This document shows, in pieces, positions 36,501 to 48,190 of a DNA stretch of 64,000 nucleotides; position 1 is the first letter of the stretch; every line of letters starts with the position of its first letter. The stretch is from Bispira polyomma. Its lineage: Eukaryota. The notes beneath the pieces were generated by a model, which was not told where the DNA came from, did no database searches, and was given only the letters and a program-made list of their open reading frames with translations. The position numbers and the translations under genes were made by a program. The stretch spans positions 30,256,001 through 30,320,000 of the forward strand of contig OZ287759.1 in the NCBI GenBank assembly GCA_965649765.1, in the 5' to 3' direction.

Positions 36501-39500
36501 GTGCAATCACCAACCCGAGGAAGACTATGTTACAACAGGTACTCTATTTCAAACCAAAGGGTTGACCTTCAACAAGAAGAATTGAAAATTCTTGTCTCTT
36601 CTCCAATGTCTCAAACAAAGAACTAGATGAAGCAGCATCAGTTGATTTTTACAGACAGAGTAATTCAAAATCAGACAGCTATTGGGATCAAATTAGTATC
36701 TCACTGACCTACTTCTCTCATGTAGCTTCTATCATTCCCACTACTTTGCCTCTATTTTTTCTTTGAAACTCTAGTTTGGCTTTGGCATTTAAAAATTTTT
36801 AATCTTTAAAAATTCCATGTGTTGATGTAAATAGAGGCAGTAAATTTATATTTTTTTAAATCTCAAACAGCATCAATATGGTAACAAGAGTTTCAATATT
36901 ATTATAATTTTTTAGGGGTGGGGGGAGGGTGTTAAATCTAATGTGTTTAAATATTTACATTTCAAGATAACCTTAAATAATATACACTGTCCTATGGATA
37001 AGTTTAAATAGTTACTTGCATGCAATCTCATCAACAGAGGCTATCAACATACTAGTAATTGGTGTAAGGAGTTTGTTAGTGTATTTCAAAGACTTAGCAA
37101 TTGAAAATATATATATTGTCTTTTTTGACTACTTCTAAGTATAATTTTCGGTTATCTAGTTCTAAAAAGGCATTCATGAAGATGGTTTACAGCCTAAGAT
37201 TTAACCTGCACTTGACAAGATTGATGCTGTGTTAAGTGTTGGAGAGAAACAAAAACCCCAGATGAAATAGAAGTTCAGAATTCATCTGAAAAGATGGAAA
37301 TTGTTGTGAGACATAATGGATCTGAAAAGGATCTCGGTTGGTATTTATAAAAGGTCTTCAACTTACGTTTAAACTCAGATAACACATATGTTTTCTCATC
37401 AATAGGAACAACCTAGACATATTACCATTCGTTTTCATAGAGCTTTAAACAAGGAAATCAAATATGTAGTCATATTTTAAATATTTAAAATGTGCAGACA
37501 CAATGGAAAATATTTTAAGATTATTGTGGCTTTAACATTAAGACCTATGGTGAATAACTGACCTATGTGTAATGCTATCAACAGTAAAAACACTGAGTCT
37601 GTAATATCTTAACAGTTGTATTCAAACTTATCTTCTTTTTTATAAGTCATCAGTTTATATAAGATACATTAATACAATATAATGTCAATTGTACTATTAA
37701 AGTCCCTGGGAGTGTCACATTGTAAGTAAAATGACATATCTTTCTTGTTTTTTATCGTTTCAGATATTAACGTTCTTTAAGTTCATTATATGTTTCTTAA
37801 ATTTTGTAGTTTGAGTTTAAGGCAATCTTAAATCAATCCTGTTGAAGAACACAGTCAATCTGAATACCTGGGAGAAGCTTATTTGTGTGATGTCCCTAAA
37901 GAACCATTATCTGCCATTCCACAAGAAAAGGGCTTTTTTACAACTGTTTTTTCTTTATCAGGCATATTTAGAGACTCTAAGCTCTTGAGTTGCTGCAAAT
38001 GTAATAAGCTTGAACAGTAATTAATTAAGGGAAAGTTCTTGCCGCTGTAAGCTTTTTAATTTCTTTTAAAAGTGAAGAGTAGAATTTCTACTTGTAAAAA
38101 TTATAAACATTTCTATTGATTAATTTTTAAGGTTCTATTTAGACACATTTGTTATTAAAAACTTACACATACAGCACACACATTTGGGAACACAACACAA
38201 CTATGAAGAAGATTGTTTAAAGGCGAGACTGAAAACAAAATACAGATCATTAGCTGTAAAATCTCATGATGTTGTCAAACCCATGTTGATATAAAGCATG
38301 TGACATAAGTCAATTCTCTGGAGGTCGCCTAATAATCTCACTCGTAAAATGCTATGTTGTTCAGGAGATTTTAAAGATGAGCTGCATTGATCACTGACTT
38401 AACATTATTGTAATTTCTTTGTTATTAAAAATATCGTAATAATAAATGTGTTTAATGATTCCAACCAAAATGAAACCATAGTGTCGCACATCTACATCCC
38501 CTAATGAATATTTGTTCCAAATATAAACTTCCTGGGCATCAATGTTTCTGAGAATTAGCCCACAAAGCTATGGCAGTCTCTTTCTGCCCGTCCTCTGTCC
38601 CCTATATATATAGGCTGTGTGGGAAGACACTATTAAGTGGAACAACATTCAGCAATTTATTCTTCTTAGCCAAGTCTTAGGCTTAGATCTGGCACAAAAG
38701 TATACTAGATATTAGCCTAAGACTTGGCTAAGTCCATTAGTAAATATGGGCCCAGAGAAATAAAGAGCATTTTGAAATGTAAAAGGTTTACCAGAGACAT
38801 ATGTATTAGGTAATGTTTAGTTTCCATAAAAATGTACATTAAACTGATGACCCATATCAAACTATAAGTCCAAAGTAATCTTAGAAGAGCTGCAGCCCCT
38901 GAGAAATCCATTTCTTTATTCTGTGTCCAGTTCATTTTAAAGGCTGCTAGCAGTCTAATGGGAGAAAAAAAGAAATCCAAGGCCCCGGGAACTCTGACAT
39001 CTGAGGCAATTTTGTGCAATCTAGTTATTTTGAGGGTTATTATGGTGGCAATAGATTGTAAATAGCCAAAATATTGTTTGTCTTGTCAGCTTAGTTTTGG
39101 TGGGATAATAATATGTGATTGGAATAAGGTTTTTTGTTATGTTTTCATTCACATGGAGTGTAATAACTTCTTAGCCACAAACTCCACAGCTAAAAAAATT
39201 TGTAAAATAATCAGTTAATACAAGTTCTTTGTTGATGTTTTTTGGCCAATAAAGCTTCCACTATTCCCAATTACAAGTTGTCAAGATAGCCCTTTTTCCA
39301 CAAAGCATTAACTCTTCCAACTTAAGAAGTGGACAAATAAACCGATGTTTACTCTCATAGTGATAATAATGAAGGACCTTGACATCATGACTCCTGTACA
39401 TTATGTAGAACTTGTCCTACTGCAAAAAATCTTGCGTGATTCTTAATTATCAACATTAGTGGTTTCCTACATCTATGAATTACAATAAGGGTGCATTAGA

Positions 39501-41126
39501 AGTTAAATAAATAAAAGTGGATTAAAAAAACATTTATTATAGTTGAATCTTTAGGTGAAAATTTCATAAATATATTTTAACCAATCCTTTCAGTAGCAGT
39601 TTATCCATTACAGTTAAATATGATATTGATGCACAAACGAAACTGCCTTATAAACCTGTGAAAGTTGCAAAACTTTTACAAATATCATTGCAAGCTGGTC
39701 AATGTGACACAATGCACATACCGTTTGATTGGGATTATATCCTTATTTATTGAAAACTAGACGTCAATGGCTATACAACCAGCATTTAGATTTCTCAACA
39801 CAATGACTGGGGTGTCACTGTGTCATTATAAAATGGGACTCTTACCCAGATTGTACTCCCAGCAAAGAGCTTTTTATAAAAAGAAGGGGAGAAAAGCCTC
39901 TTCTCAATTGAAACTTTACATTGGTGTTACTACTAATTTGTACATAATAGTCAGGACAAAAGCTGTGACAGCCCTTTCAGATTGTGTGACAACAATTCAA
40001 GATTGATGAAAATTTAAGGTGAATAATAAGGACATGGACTTTTACATAAAAAAGAAGTCTTAACTTATGGTTTGATTGAATCAAATTATAATAGAAAAAA
40101 ATACTGACCTTAAGTGAAGAATAAAGCAGAGTTAATGTCACAGGGAAAGAATGGAGAGGGAAATATAGGACAAAAACCCGACACACATGTTCACTTAGGA
40201 TAAAAGCTGGGATAAATTGCATCTACAACGGGAGAGAGAAAGAGATTGAATATATGTTATTTTTATTATGGTTAAAACAAGATTCATCCTCAGCTATTCA
40301 CACAGAGGAAACCACAGAAACTCTTTGCTCATAACTTTTTGGACATCAGAGAGAGTACCTTTTTAACATAGACTAACATAAGTTTTAGTATTTTAGCTAG
40401 GGGTCTATGGTTTAATAACATTGGGGGTATAACATACAACGATGCATATCTATATACGAATGTTTTCTATATTTATATTAACTTACATGTCTTGCAAATA
40501 CTTTGATATGATCTAACAATGTTAATTATACATATATACATACATTTACATAGTTATATACATAACTGAAAAAATACTGGAATGGCATAGTAAAATATAG
40601 TTAATACTCTAATCCATGGACTTTCATATAGTTGCCTTGTCGGACACCGGTTTACCTTAACCACTAATAATAAATTAAAAGCAAACCTTAAGCTGCATAA
40701 TTCTAAAAAACTATATATATCTGGTTAACGTAAACTCAAGTTAAAATGACCCGGGTATCATAAGGTAACCTTACCTGTAAAATAATGTTGACTTAATTTA
40801 AAGTATACTTATATTAACTTGTAGTCAAACCTTATTAATGGTAGCCTTAAACTGTTCACTTAGATATGTAGTATACCGAAACTATAAAATAAAATATATA
40901 TACCCTCTATCTGCCTGTCACTGTCTTCAAGGTCAGCTGTAGGCACTGTGGTGCATATTTATCCCAACCCTATTGGAGAGAAAGGTATTGTCATGGGTAA
41001 CAATTTGTCCCTTGATGAGTACAATCATTTCAGGTAATTGCTGTAACCACTAGTCATTTCAAAAATTACTAAAACATCCAATGATTATATAATGAGAGCA
41101 ATTTCAGTCTAAACATTACATGAAAT

Positions 41127-41285
41127 CAGTTCCTAGGTGAGTGTAGGGTGACCTTGAGGTAAGTAGTAGGTCAAGTGTGAACACTATTCTTGTTTGGAGA
41201 AATTTTATTCTATACAGGTTAGTTCTATGTACAGGAGGTAAAAGAGTAGTTTAAAATTTAACTAGTAAAATTTTAAAATATACCC
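41127..41285 (-). repeat. Split direct repeat B2
   Basis: 159 bp, one mismatch to 41987-42145. Confidence 0.95.
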
Positions 41286-41760
41286 GTACGTGACTAGCAT
41301 GTAAACAAGGATGTGGGTAGGACTAGCCTATGTCACATGTACAGAAACACTATACTAAACCTCTATAACTAGCACTAATATCAACTATGATTAGGACTAG
41401 CCTAACCGACATATACAAAACTATATGTAAATTCTATCAGCAAATCCCTGTCATGTCAACTGGGAATAGTAGAGTGGCTTTCGCCACGTCAGGTAGAGAA
41501 GGTATTAACTTACCAGCTCGTGAAACCACTGGCTAGCTCGGAACCCGGGTCCTACGGCACCTAATCGCCTAGCAGTGAAGGTCCCCGGCTGCAGAGCTTT
41601 AATCCCTGGTTGCCCACACCAGGGGGTAGATGCAGCGGGGGACACAGCACCACACGGATCCGGGTTCAAGCCAACGACAGTGATAAGGAAGTTATATAAG
41701 TAGTACTTTGCAATAGTAAAATAAAGTAGCGTTAATGAAGGTAATAGGAGAGGAAGGTGG

Positions 41761-42145
41761 GAATTTAAAATTTTTTAATGTTTACTGTTGCACACTTCAA
41801 TTCAATATGGTGGAATAAGCAGGGGAGCAAATAAGTAAAATAAGGGGGGACCCCTAATTGGTAACCACAAAGGGGATAGAGAGAGGAAAGGAGAGTATAC
41901 CTATGCTAATTAAGGTAGGAATAAAAATTAGGAGAAAGGGGTTTTAGGAACTGAGCTATCAGACCCCTGTAGGGTCGTGATGTTCACAGTTCCTAGGTGA
42001 GTGTAGGGTGACCTTGAGGTAAGTAGTAGGTCAAGTGTGAACACTATTCTTGTTTGGAGAAATTTTATTCTATACAGGTTAGTTCTATGTACAGGAGGTA
42101 AAAGAGTAGTTTAAAATTTAACTGGTAAAATTTTAAAATATACCC
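41761..42145 (-). repeat. Adjacent split repeats B1 and A2 (internal copy of the circle junction)
   Basis: 41761-41986 matches 46841-47067 (2 substitutions, 1 indel); 41987-42145 matches 41127-41285. Confidence 0.95.
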
Positions 42146-43130
42146 AAACCCAAGCTAAGGGGAGAGGGGATGATGGAGGCGAAAGTAAGTGGAACTACAG
42201 CAGCCTGAGAAGAAGAATGCTGGAGATAGGCCCAGATCGCAGAACTACGCCACAGGCCGTGGGACATTATATGCTGTAGGGGAACATTGTTGTTAAATGC
42301 CAGGGATGCCCCCGACCTACAAAAAGTGTGGAAGCCATGGTAACTATGGTCTATCCCTATGTGCTGCAACACAGTTCTTAATGCAGTTCTAATATGGGAG
42401 TCAATGACTGGTAAGTAAGGAGGGGAAGAAGCTACAAAAAGTGGGTGAGTGGGGGAAAGTTCCCTAGACTGAATAAGATGAGTAAGGGCCAGAACAGGAC
42501 AAAGTGATTTATCTTTTAGGACAGGAAGTTGTACTACGTGTGTGTCAGTTCTGTTCTGCAAGTTTTTGGCCCACTTGAGTATTAGATGAGCCCCAGGGTG
42601 GCCAAAAATAATGTCCTGTCTTAACAGGTGCCTGGTAGAGTCAAATTTGCTTCTTGAGTGGGGGGCAATGTTTGACATCCTTAAAAATCCAAAGAATGCT
42701 ACAAGAAATATGGCCCTGTATAATGTAGGGTCGTTTAGAATAGAGCAAGTTCTTGATATGTTCTGAAGTAATTGGATGTCAAAGATTCCCTTTTTGTGTG
42801 GTTTAAAGTCAGATGAAAGTGCCACGCTTTTGAGAAACAGGGACACCGAGTTGTGTGCTAACGCCTGAGTGTTTAAGTTGTACTTAGAAAACATAAACTT
42901 TAGAGCAGCCACGTAGTTGTTGACCACTCGAGGAGAGATGTTGTTTTGGGTGAAGTATTCTAGGAATGCCAGAATAGAGTGGACTGAAACCTGTTGAAGG
43001 CCAGAGTAATGTAGAAACGCTAAGTAAGTCTTGAACTGTGAGTTGTATGCACTGGTAGTTGATGGCCTGAGAGCTGAATCCAGTCGCTGTACAGCTGCCA
43101 GTACCAGAGGTATAGTAGATGGTGCTGCAC
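42133..43130 (-). CDS. Tyrosine recombinase of the Ngaro-like element (no ATG of its own before the N-terminal domain; HxxR Arg changed to Cys)
   Basis: The frame is open upstream of the listed ORF (LRPSTTSAY...LAFLEY). Motifs FFGFLRMSN, CPV, HTFCR and HGLWRSSAIWAY. Confidence 0.88.
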
Positions 43131-43136
43131 CTGTAA

Positions 43137-45101
43137 TTATATGACATAATTTAAATTAAAGAAGTCTACCGGAATATGTTTCCAGTGATACTTGTTCAGT
43201 TCTTTCATTATGCCTGTGTTGGGAGGATTATCAGAATATATGCGTGATAAAGCGTCAGCCTCGACATTGTTCTTGCCCCTAATGTGTTTGATATTTAAAG
43301 TTATGTCGTAAGTGGAGGCTATTAGCCATATGTTTCTAATGCATGTGGCAAGAAAAGAGTCTTTGGTCTTACTAGTGTCAACGACTAACACCACAGCCAG
43401 ATTGTCACACCAAACAGTGACTCTCTGGTGGGCCCAGTCCCTACACCATAACTTCAGAGCTATAATAATGTTTAACATTTCGAGTTGAGTGATTGCTAAG
43501 GTTCTATTATATATGTTATGTATTGGGGTGGCGTATACTTCCTTATTCCAAATGCCGCCGAAGCCCGTCAGGCATGCATCTAGGTGGAATTCTTGCATAT
43601 GTTTAATGTCCTTAGGTGCAATATATGTAATGCCATTGTACAGAGGGAGAAAAGATATGAACCAAGCAATATCTTGCTTTATGTTGTGTGTGATTTTAAA
43701 TCTCTTAGCCTGTGGGTTATCTCTAAAGACAGCAAGAAGTCTATGTACAAATATTCTGGCAGGACGAACACATTTGTGGATGTAGAGAAGTTTGCCTAAC
43801 ATTGATTGGTAGTTAGTTCTTGAGAGCCAGGATTTTTCCCTAATTGTGTGAAGTTCTTTGTAAATATGGTTGATTTTTTCTTGGTTAATACTAATAGTAC
43901 CCTCCTTAATGTCAATATCTATGCCTAAAAAAGTTGTAAAGGTATCAGGAGGAATAGACTTATCGTTATTAATGGGTAAACCAAGCTTCAGAAGTATGTC
44001 ATGAAGGAGGTTATAACCTTTGTTTGCCCTGTCTTTAGTACAGACACAGGCGTAATCATCAATGTAACAGAATAGAGTATAACCTTGTGAATTCATGTAA
44101 TCAGCTATAATGTCTGAACAACGCTGAAACGCCGCACTGCCGTGGGCCCAGCTGAACGCCATGGCAGCGTCAACGTAGGAAGTATCACCCCAGTTAATGC
44201 CTAGTTTGACTGCGTCAGCAGGATCAACTCTGAGATTCCTAAACGCGCGGGAAACGTCTGTCTTAAATATAACTGGTTCCCTAGTGTTCTTTATAGCCTC
44301 AGTGATGTGGTCTATGGAAGGAAATTTGAGAGCAAATTTAGTTTTGTCAAACGTGTCTCTGTGTATCTGACTGTTAACTGAGAGGTCCTGAGGAAATGAC
44401 AGATTAAGGATGATCCTGCGTTTATCAATGTCTTTAGGCCTAGTTAGCAGTGGTGAAGCATGGAAGTGTGTGTCTCTGATTTTAGGAACTGGGCCCAATA
44501 TGGCACCCTTAGACTTTTCCTTTTCAAGATATTTGTTCACCTCCTGAGGGTATTGTAACGCAGAGTGGTGATTTTTTGCATTGTTGTTATGTAGTAATTG
44601 TGGGTTTTCTAGTGAGAGAGGAAAACCGAACTTAAGGTATTGCAACAGAATCTTATCATGATGCCCCTTTAGAAGGTCTTCCCAAGCCTTAATATTGAGA
44701 CCATAACTAAGAGGAATTCTGGCTTCCCTATAATTGGGAACACCTGTATCTCTGATTATACTGGCTATGTTTAACATGTCCTCAACAGTTGTAATGTTAA
44801 TCGGTTCCCTATCCGGGCCAACAAATTCAAAGTCTGTTCTTGATAATTTGATAAACCCTATGTCTTTGGTGTTATCACAAATGTCAATTGCTTTGCTTTT
44901 GTTAGAGTAGTCATGACTCTTGTTGTTGTCAGTTAAACTCATAAAGTATTCATTGTTATGGTCGACCGACCAAACAGCCTGTTTGTGAGAAGAACGAATG
45001 GACGTGATATTTGCATTGTCTTTGCTAGCAGTGGCGTCCGACATGGGTACATTATTGCTGTCTCCAGTGGAATCGCCACTATTAATAATGGCATCAATCA
45101 A
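43137..45101 (-). CDS. Reverse transcriptase / RNase H of the Ngaro-like element
   Basis: KTDVSRAFR, YIDDY, FLGI, DACLTGFG, LEMLN, CDN and NVEADALSR. Probably once continuous with ORF 45098-45547 through a 1-nt shift in an A run. Confidence 0.92.
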   Translation of the reverse strand: MIDAIINSGDSTGDSNNVPMSDATASKDNANITSIRSSHKQAVWSVDHNNEYFMSLTDNNKSHDYSNKSKAIDICDNTKDIGFIKLSRTDFEFVGPDREPINITTVEDMLNIASIIRDTGVPNYREARIPLSYGLNIKAWEDLLKGHHDKILLQYLKFGFPLSLENPQLLHNNNAKNHHSALQYPQEVNKYLEKEKSKGAILGPVPKIRDTHFHASPLLTRPKDIDKRRIILNLSFPQDLSVNSQIHRDTFDKTKFALKFPSIDHITEAIKNTREPVIFKTDVSRAFRNLRVDPADAVKLGINWGDTSYVDAAMAFSWAHGSAAFQRCSDIIADYMNSQGYTLFCYIDDYACVCTKDRANKGYNLLHDILLKLGLPINNDKSIPPDTFTTFLGIDIDIKEGTISINQEKINHIYKELHTIREKSWLSRTNYQSMLGKLLYIHKCVRPARIFVHRLLAVFRDNPQAKRFKITHNIKQDIAWFISFLPLYNGITYIAPKDIKHMQEFHLDACLTGFGGIWNKEVYATPIHNIYNRTLAITQLEMLNIIIALKLWCRDWAHQRVTVWCDNLAVVLVVDTSKTKDSFLATCIRNIWLIASTYDITLNIKHIRGKNNVEADALSRIYSDNPPNTGIMKELNKYHWKHIPVDFFNLNYVI

Positions 45102-45600
45102 ATTTTTTTGTCAGCCACATTAATGTGTTGATAACAGAAACCTGAAGCCATAGGCATATTATGCACATTTAAGTAAACCACATTGTCTACACTATGAATA
45201 ACATCACTTAGCCAATTACAAGTCGAAATGGTAGCTGAGTATGCTATACTATTAAGACCTGTATGGTTATTAGTGTCATTGTCGTTGTAGGTATCATTGT
45301 AGTACATGGCCACTTCATTACAGTTCTGAGTATTTAACTCATTATGACCCAAATGTTGCACTTTTGTGTCATTATGTTCTATTACATTACAGTCAATAAT
45401 GTCCTCATCCATTGGCTTAACTTTTTGGTCCACCTGAATACTAGCTAATTTTCTACTTTTATTTTTAGAAATATTACTTTCTATATCAGCCATTACAGAT
45501 TTATCGACTTTCTGCTGGTTATAAACTGAATTACTACAATAACACAAGTTACTATCTACACTATTGTTACAAGATCCGCACTTTCTAATTGTTCGTTTGG

Positions 45601-46788
45601 TTAGTCGTTGACAACACCCCTATATCTTATTAGGATGAGATTGGTTGGATTTTGATGCAATGCTCTTCTCACACTTTGCAGCCGAGTGAGCACTCTATGA
45701 CAGTACGAACATATGTGCCTGTACTGTCCGTGGTCACCTTCCTGGTGGCACTTGCCTAGGTTGTAGTACTTGCATAATAATCTCCCCTTCTGTGAATATC
45801 CGGAACCGCCTGTGACTGCCCCGGTGTTAGTATGCTGACTGTTAAGCACTGTCAACTGGGATATACTCATGCGGGTTAGGGCCCATTGTGTGGCGTCCCT
45901 CCAATGAAGGCGCCCCTCCTCAATCTCCTGCATATTAGCAGCCCACGCAGCCCTAACTGCAGGCCATGAGAGAGAAACCGCGTCTTTAAGTGAGTGTATA
46001 ACTTGGTCTAACATCTGTCTGAATAATGTCTGGTCCTGGACTTGCGACACGTTGAAGAGTTGGCCTGCTGCCCACTGGGGCAGGGTTAGGTCATCGAATG
46101 TTGGCCTTTTCTTACCGGCTACTCCGCTGCAGCCCTCGTTTGGCCATCTCAGTTGGGGATCGGCATTAGCAATGTCAGTGGTATTGTAACGACTCGATTT
46201 TTGTCTCAAAAGGGGCTTACCTTGCGTCAACTCAGTTCTCAGCTGGGCGTCATAGCTAGCCAGGCGGTGGTTGACGGCCGCGGTCACTTCTGGCAGTGAT
46301 CTCAACACGTCCACTTTGGGTATGATTCCATCCCTCTGGTAATCATGATGTGACGCGATTCTAGGTAAACCGAGTGATCCCTGAGGGTAAGTAGGGTCAC
46401 GAGTGTGTTCCCTGACAGGCGCCGGCAAAGCGAATTCCCCCGTCTGTCTCTGGTCACCAAGGGTACCGTTTCTAGAAGCAGATGGAGATCCGAGAGGGGT
46501 GGAACTATATGATCCTCGCGATTCGACTCTGTCCAGCCGTTTATGGATCTGCGAATTGGCCGTTTCCAGCTTCTGTAACAGTGCCATGACATCACCGAGT
46601 CCGGCTTGATTAGGGACAACTGGCTCCGGTTGGGCGATTGCTGTATCAGCGAGCAGCCCTTGTAAATTGAGAGCTAAGGGGTCCGACACGTTAGCAGAAG
46701 TACCTGTCTTTTTAGTAGGCTTCCTTGTAGAGGCACGTTTTTTCCCCTTCATTGGCACACTAAGAGGTGTCTTAGTTGACTTGCCCAT
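45601..46788 (-). CDS. Gag-like ORF1 of the Ngaro-like element
   Basis: Basic N-terminus, coiled-coil-like segment, CKYYNLGKC...HICSYC zinc-finger region. The expected final H...C (HSAAKC) lies in another frame. Confidence 0.82.
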   Translation of the reverse strand: MGKSTKTPLSVPMKGKKRASTRKPTKKTGTSANVSDPLALNLQGLLADTAIAQPEPVVPNQAGLGDVMALLQKLETANSQIHKRLDRVESRGSYSSTPLGSPSASRNGTLGDQRQTGEFALPAPVREHTRDPTYPQGSLGLPRIASHHDYQRDGIIPKVDVLRSLPEVTAAVNHRLASYDAQLRTELTQGKPLLRQKSSRYNTTDIANADPQLRWPNEGCSGVAGKKRPTFDDLTLPQWAAGQLFNVSQVQDQTLFRQMLDQVIHSLKDAVSLSWPAVRAAWAANMQEIEEGRLHWRDATQWALTRMSISQLTVLNSQHTNTGAVTGGSGYSQKGRLLCKYYNLGKCHQEGDHGQYRHICSYCHRVLTRLQSVRRALHQNPTNLILIRYRGVVND

Positions 46789-46840
46789 GTTTATAACTAA
46801 AATATTTGCAGTAAAAGCACACTATAACACTTTGTATTTC

Positions 46841-47067
46841 GAATTTAAAATTTTTCAATGTTTACTGTTGCACACTTCAATCCAATATGGTGGAATAAGC
46901 AGGGGAGCAAATAAGTAAAATAAGGGGGGACCCCTAATTGGTAACCACAAAGGGGATAGAGAGAGGAAAGGAGAGTATACCTATGCTAATTAAGGTAGGA
47001 ATAAAAATTAGGAGAAAGGGGTTTTTAGGAACTGAGCTATCAGACCCCTGTAGGGTCGTGATGTTCA
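46841..47067 (-). repeat. Split direct repeat A1 (element 5' end)
   Basis: Near-identical to 41761-41986. Confidence 0.95.
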
Positions 47068-47642
47068 AACTAAGTCAATGGAACAAAATGATTACATATT
47101 TATACATATAGGGTTATAACCTGCTTCATTTCTAAAGCACTGGTCATATTTCATCTTCAACATTAAGTAAAAATCATTGCTGGACCTTTTCCCTATCCCT
47201 GCCATTCTCCAAGTATTAAATACACTTTGGGTTATAAAACGTTTTCCTGACAGGTTTCCGAATTTGTAATACTTTAATATTGAACACATTTTAAAGGAAT
47301 AGAGGGTCCACTAAAACCACCTCTATTGTTCCATTTCTGTGTGTCAAATCATTGAATTTCTATTAATGAAATTAATTAATCACCTGGTTAATATATTAGA
47401 CAGTTAGGTTTATATTGGTACTACATCAAATTCAGCAACTTTTAACATATATTACATTTATTCAACAAAATCATAAAATAAGATAAAATAACATAGCTTC
47501 ATAATTAATAGGAATGACCTAGATATGTTACCATTCGTTTTCATGGAGGAATTTAAATATAATAGTCAGATTTTAAATATTTTATTGTGCACAAAGATAT
47601 TGTTGGATATATTTAAAGATTATTGTGGGTTTACGTTAAAGA

Positions 47643-48190
47643 CCTGCTGTAATGTAAATAAATAAACATATTCCTACAGCCTGATGTAATATAAATAAAT
47701 AAACACATTCCTACAGCCTGCTGTAATGTAAATAAACAAACACATTCCTACAGTCTGATGTAATGTAAATAAAATAAACACATTCCTACAGCGTGCTGTA
47801 ATGTAAATAAACAAACACATTCCTACAGTCTGATGTAATGTAAATAAAATAAACACATTCCTACAGCCTGATGTAATGTAAATAAACAAACACATTCCTA
47901 CAGCCTGCTGTAATGTAAATAAAATAAACACATTCCTACAGACTGCTGTAATGTAAATAAATAAACCCATTCCTACAGCCTGCTGTAATGTAAATAAATA
48001 AACACATTCCTACAGCCTGCTGTAATGTAAATAAATAAACACATTCCTACAGCCTGCTGTAATGTAAATAAACAAACACATTCCTACAGCCTGCTGTTAT
48101 GTAAATAAATAAACACATTCCTACAGCCTGCTGTTATGTAAATAAATAAACACATTCTTACGGTCTGCTGTAATGTAAATAAAATAAACA
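47643..48190 (-). repeat. Orphan copy of the 37-38-bp acceptor minisatellite (about 15 units), not followed by the receptor exon
   Basis: Same unit as 21105-21515. Confidence 0.92.

Larger units (their letters stand above)
41127..47067 (-). mobile_element. Full-length Ngaro-like (DIRS order) tyrosine-recombinase retrotransposon with split direct repeats
   Basis: Order A1(47067-46841), gag, RT/RNase H, YR, B1(42145-41987), A2(41986-41761), spacer, B2(41285-41127). No methyltransferase after RNase H; no target duplication. Confidence 0.93.

Noticed and set aside
45095-45115. Programmed -1 frameshift into RT
   Set aside because: GAC AAA AAA ATT TGA does not give a canonical X XXY YYZ heptamer in frame; a 1-nt loss in the A run is simpler.
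41127-47067. LTR retrotransposon or DIRS1/PAT-type assignment
   Set aside because: There is no integrase or protease, the repeats are split direct rather than LTR or inverted, and no methyltransferase domain follows RNase H.
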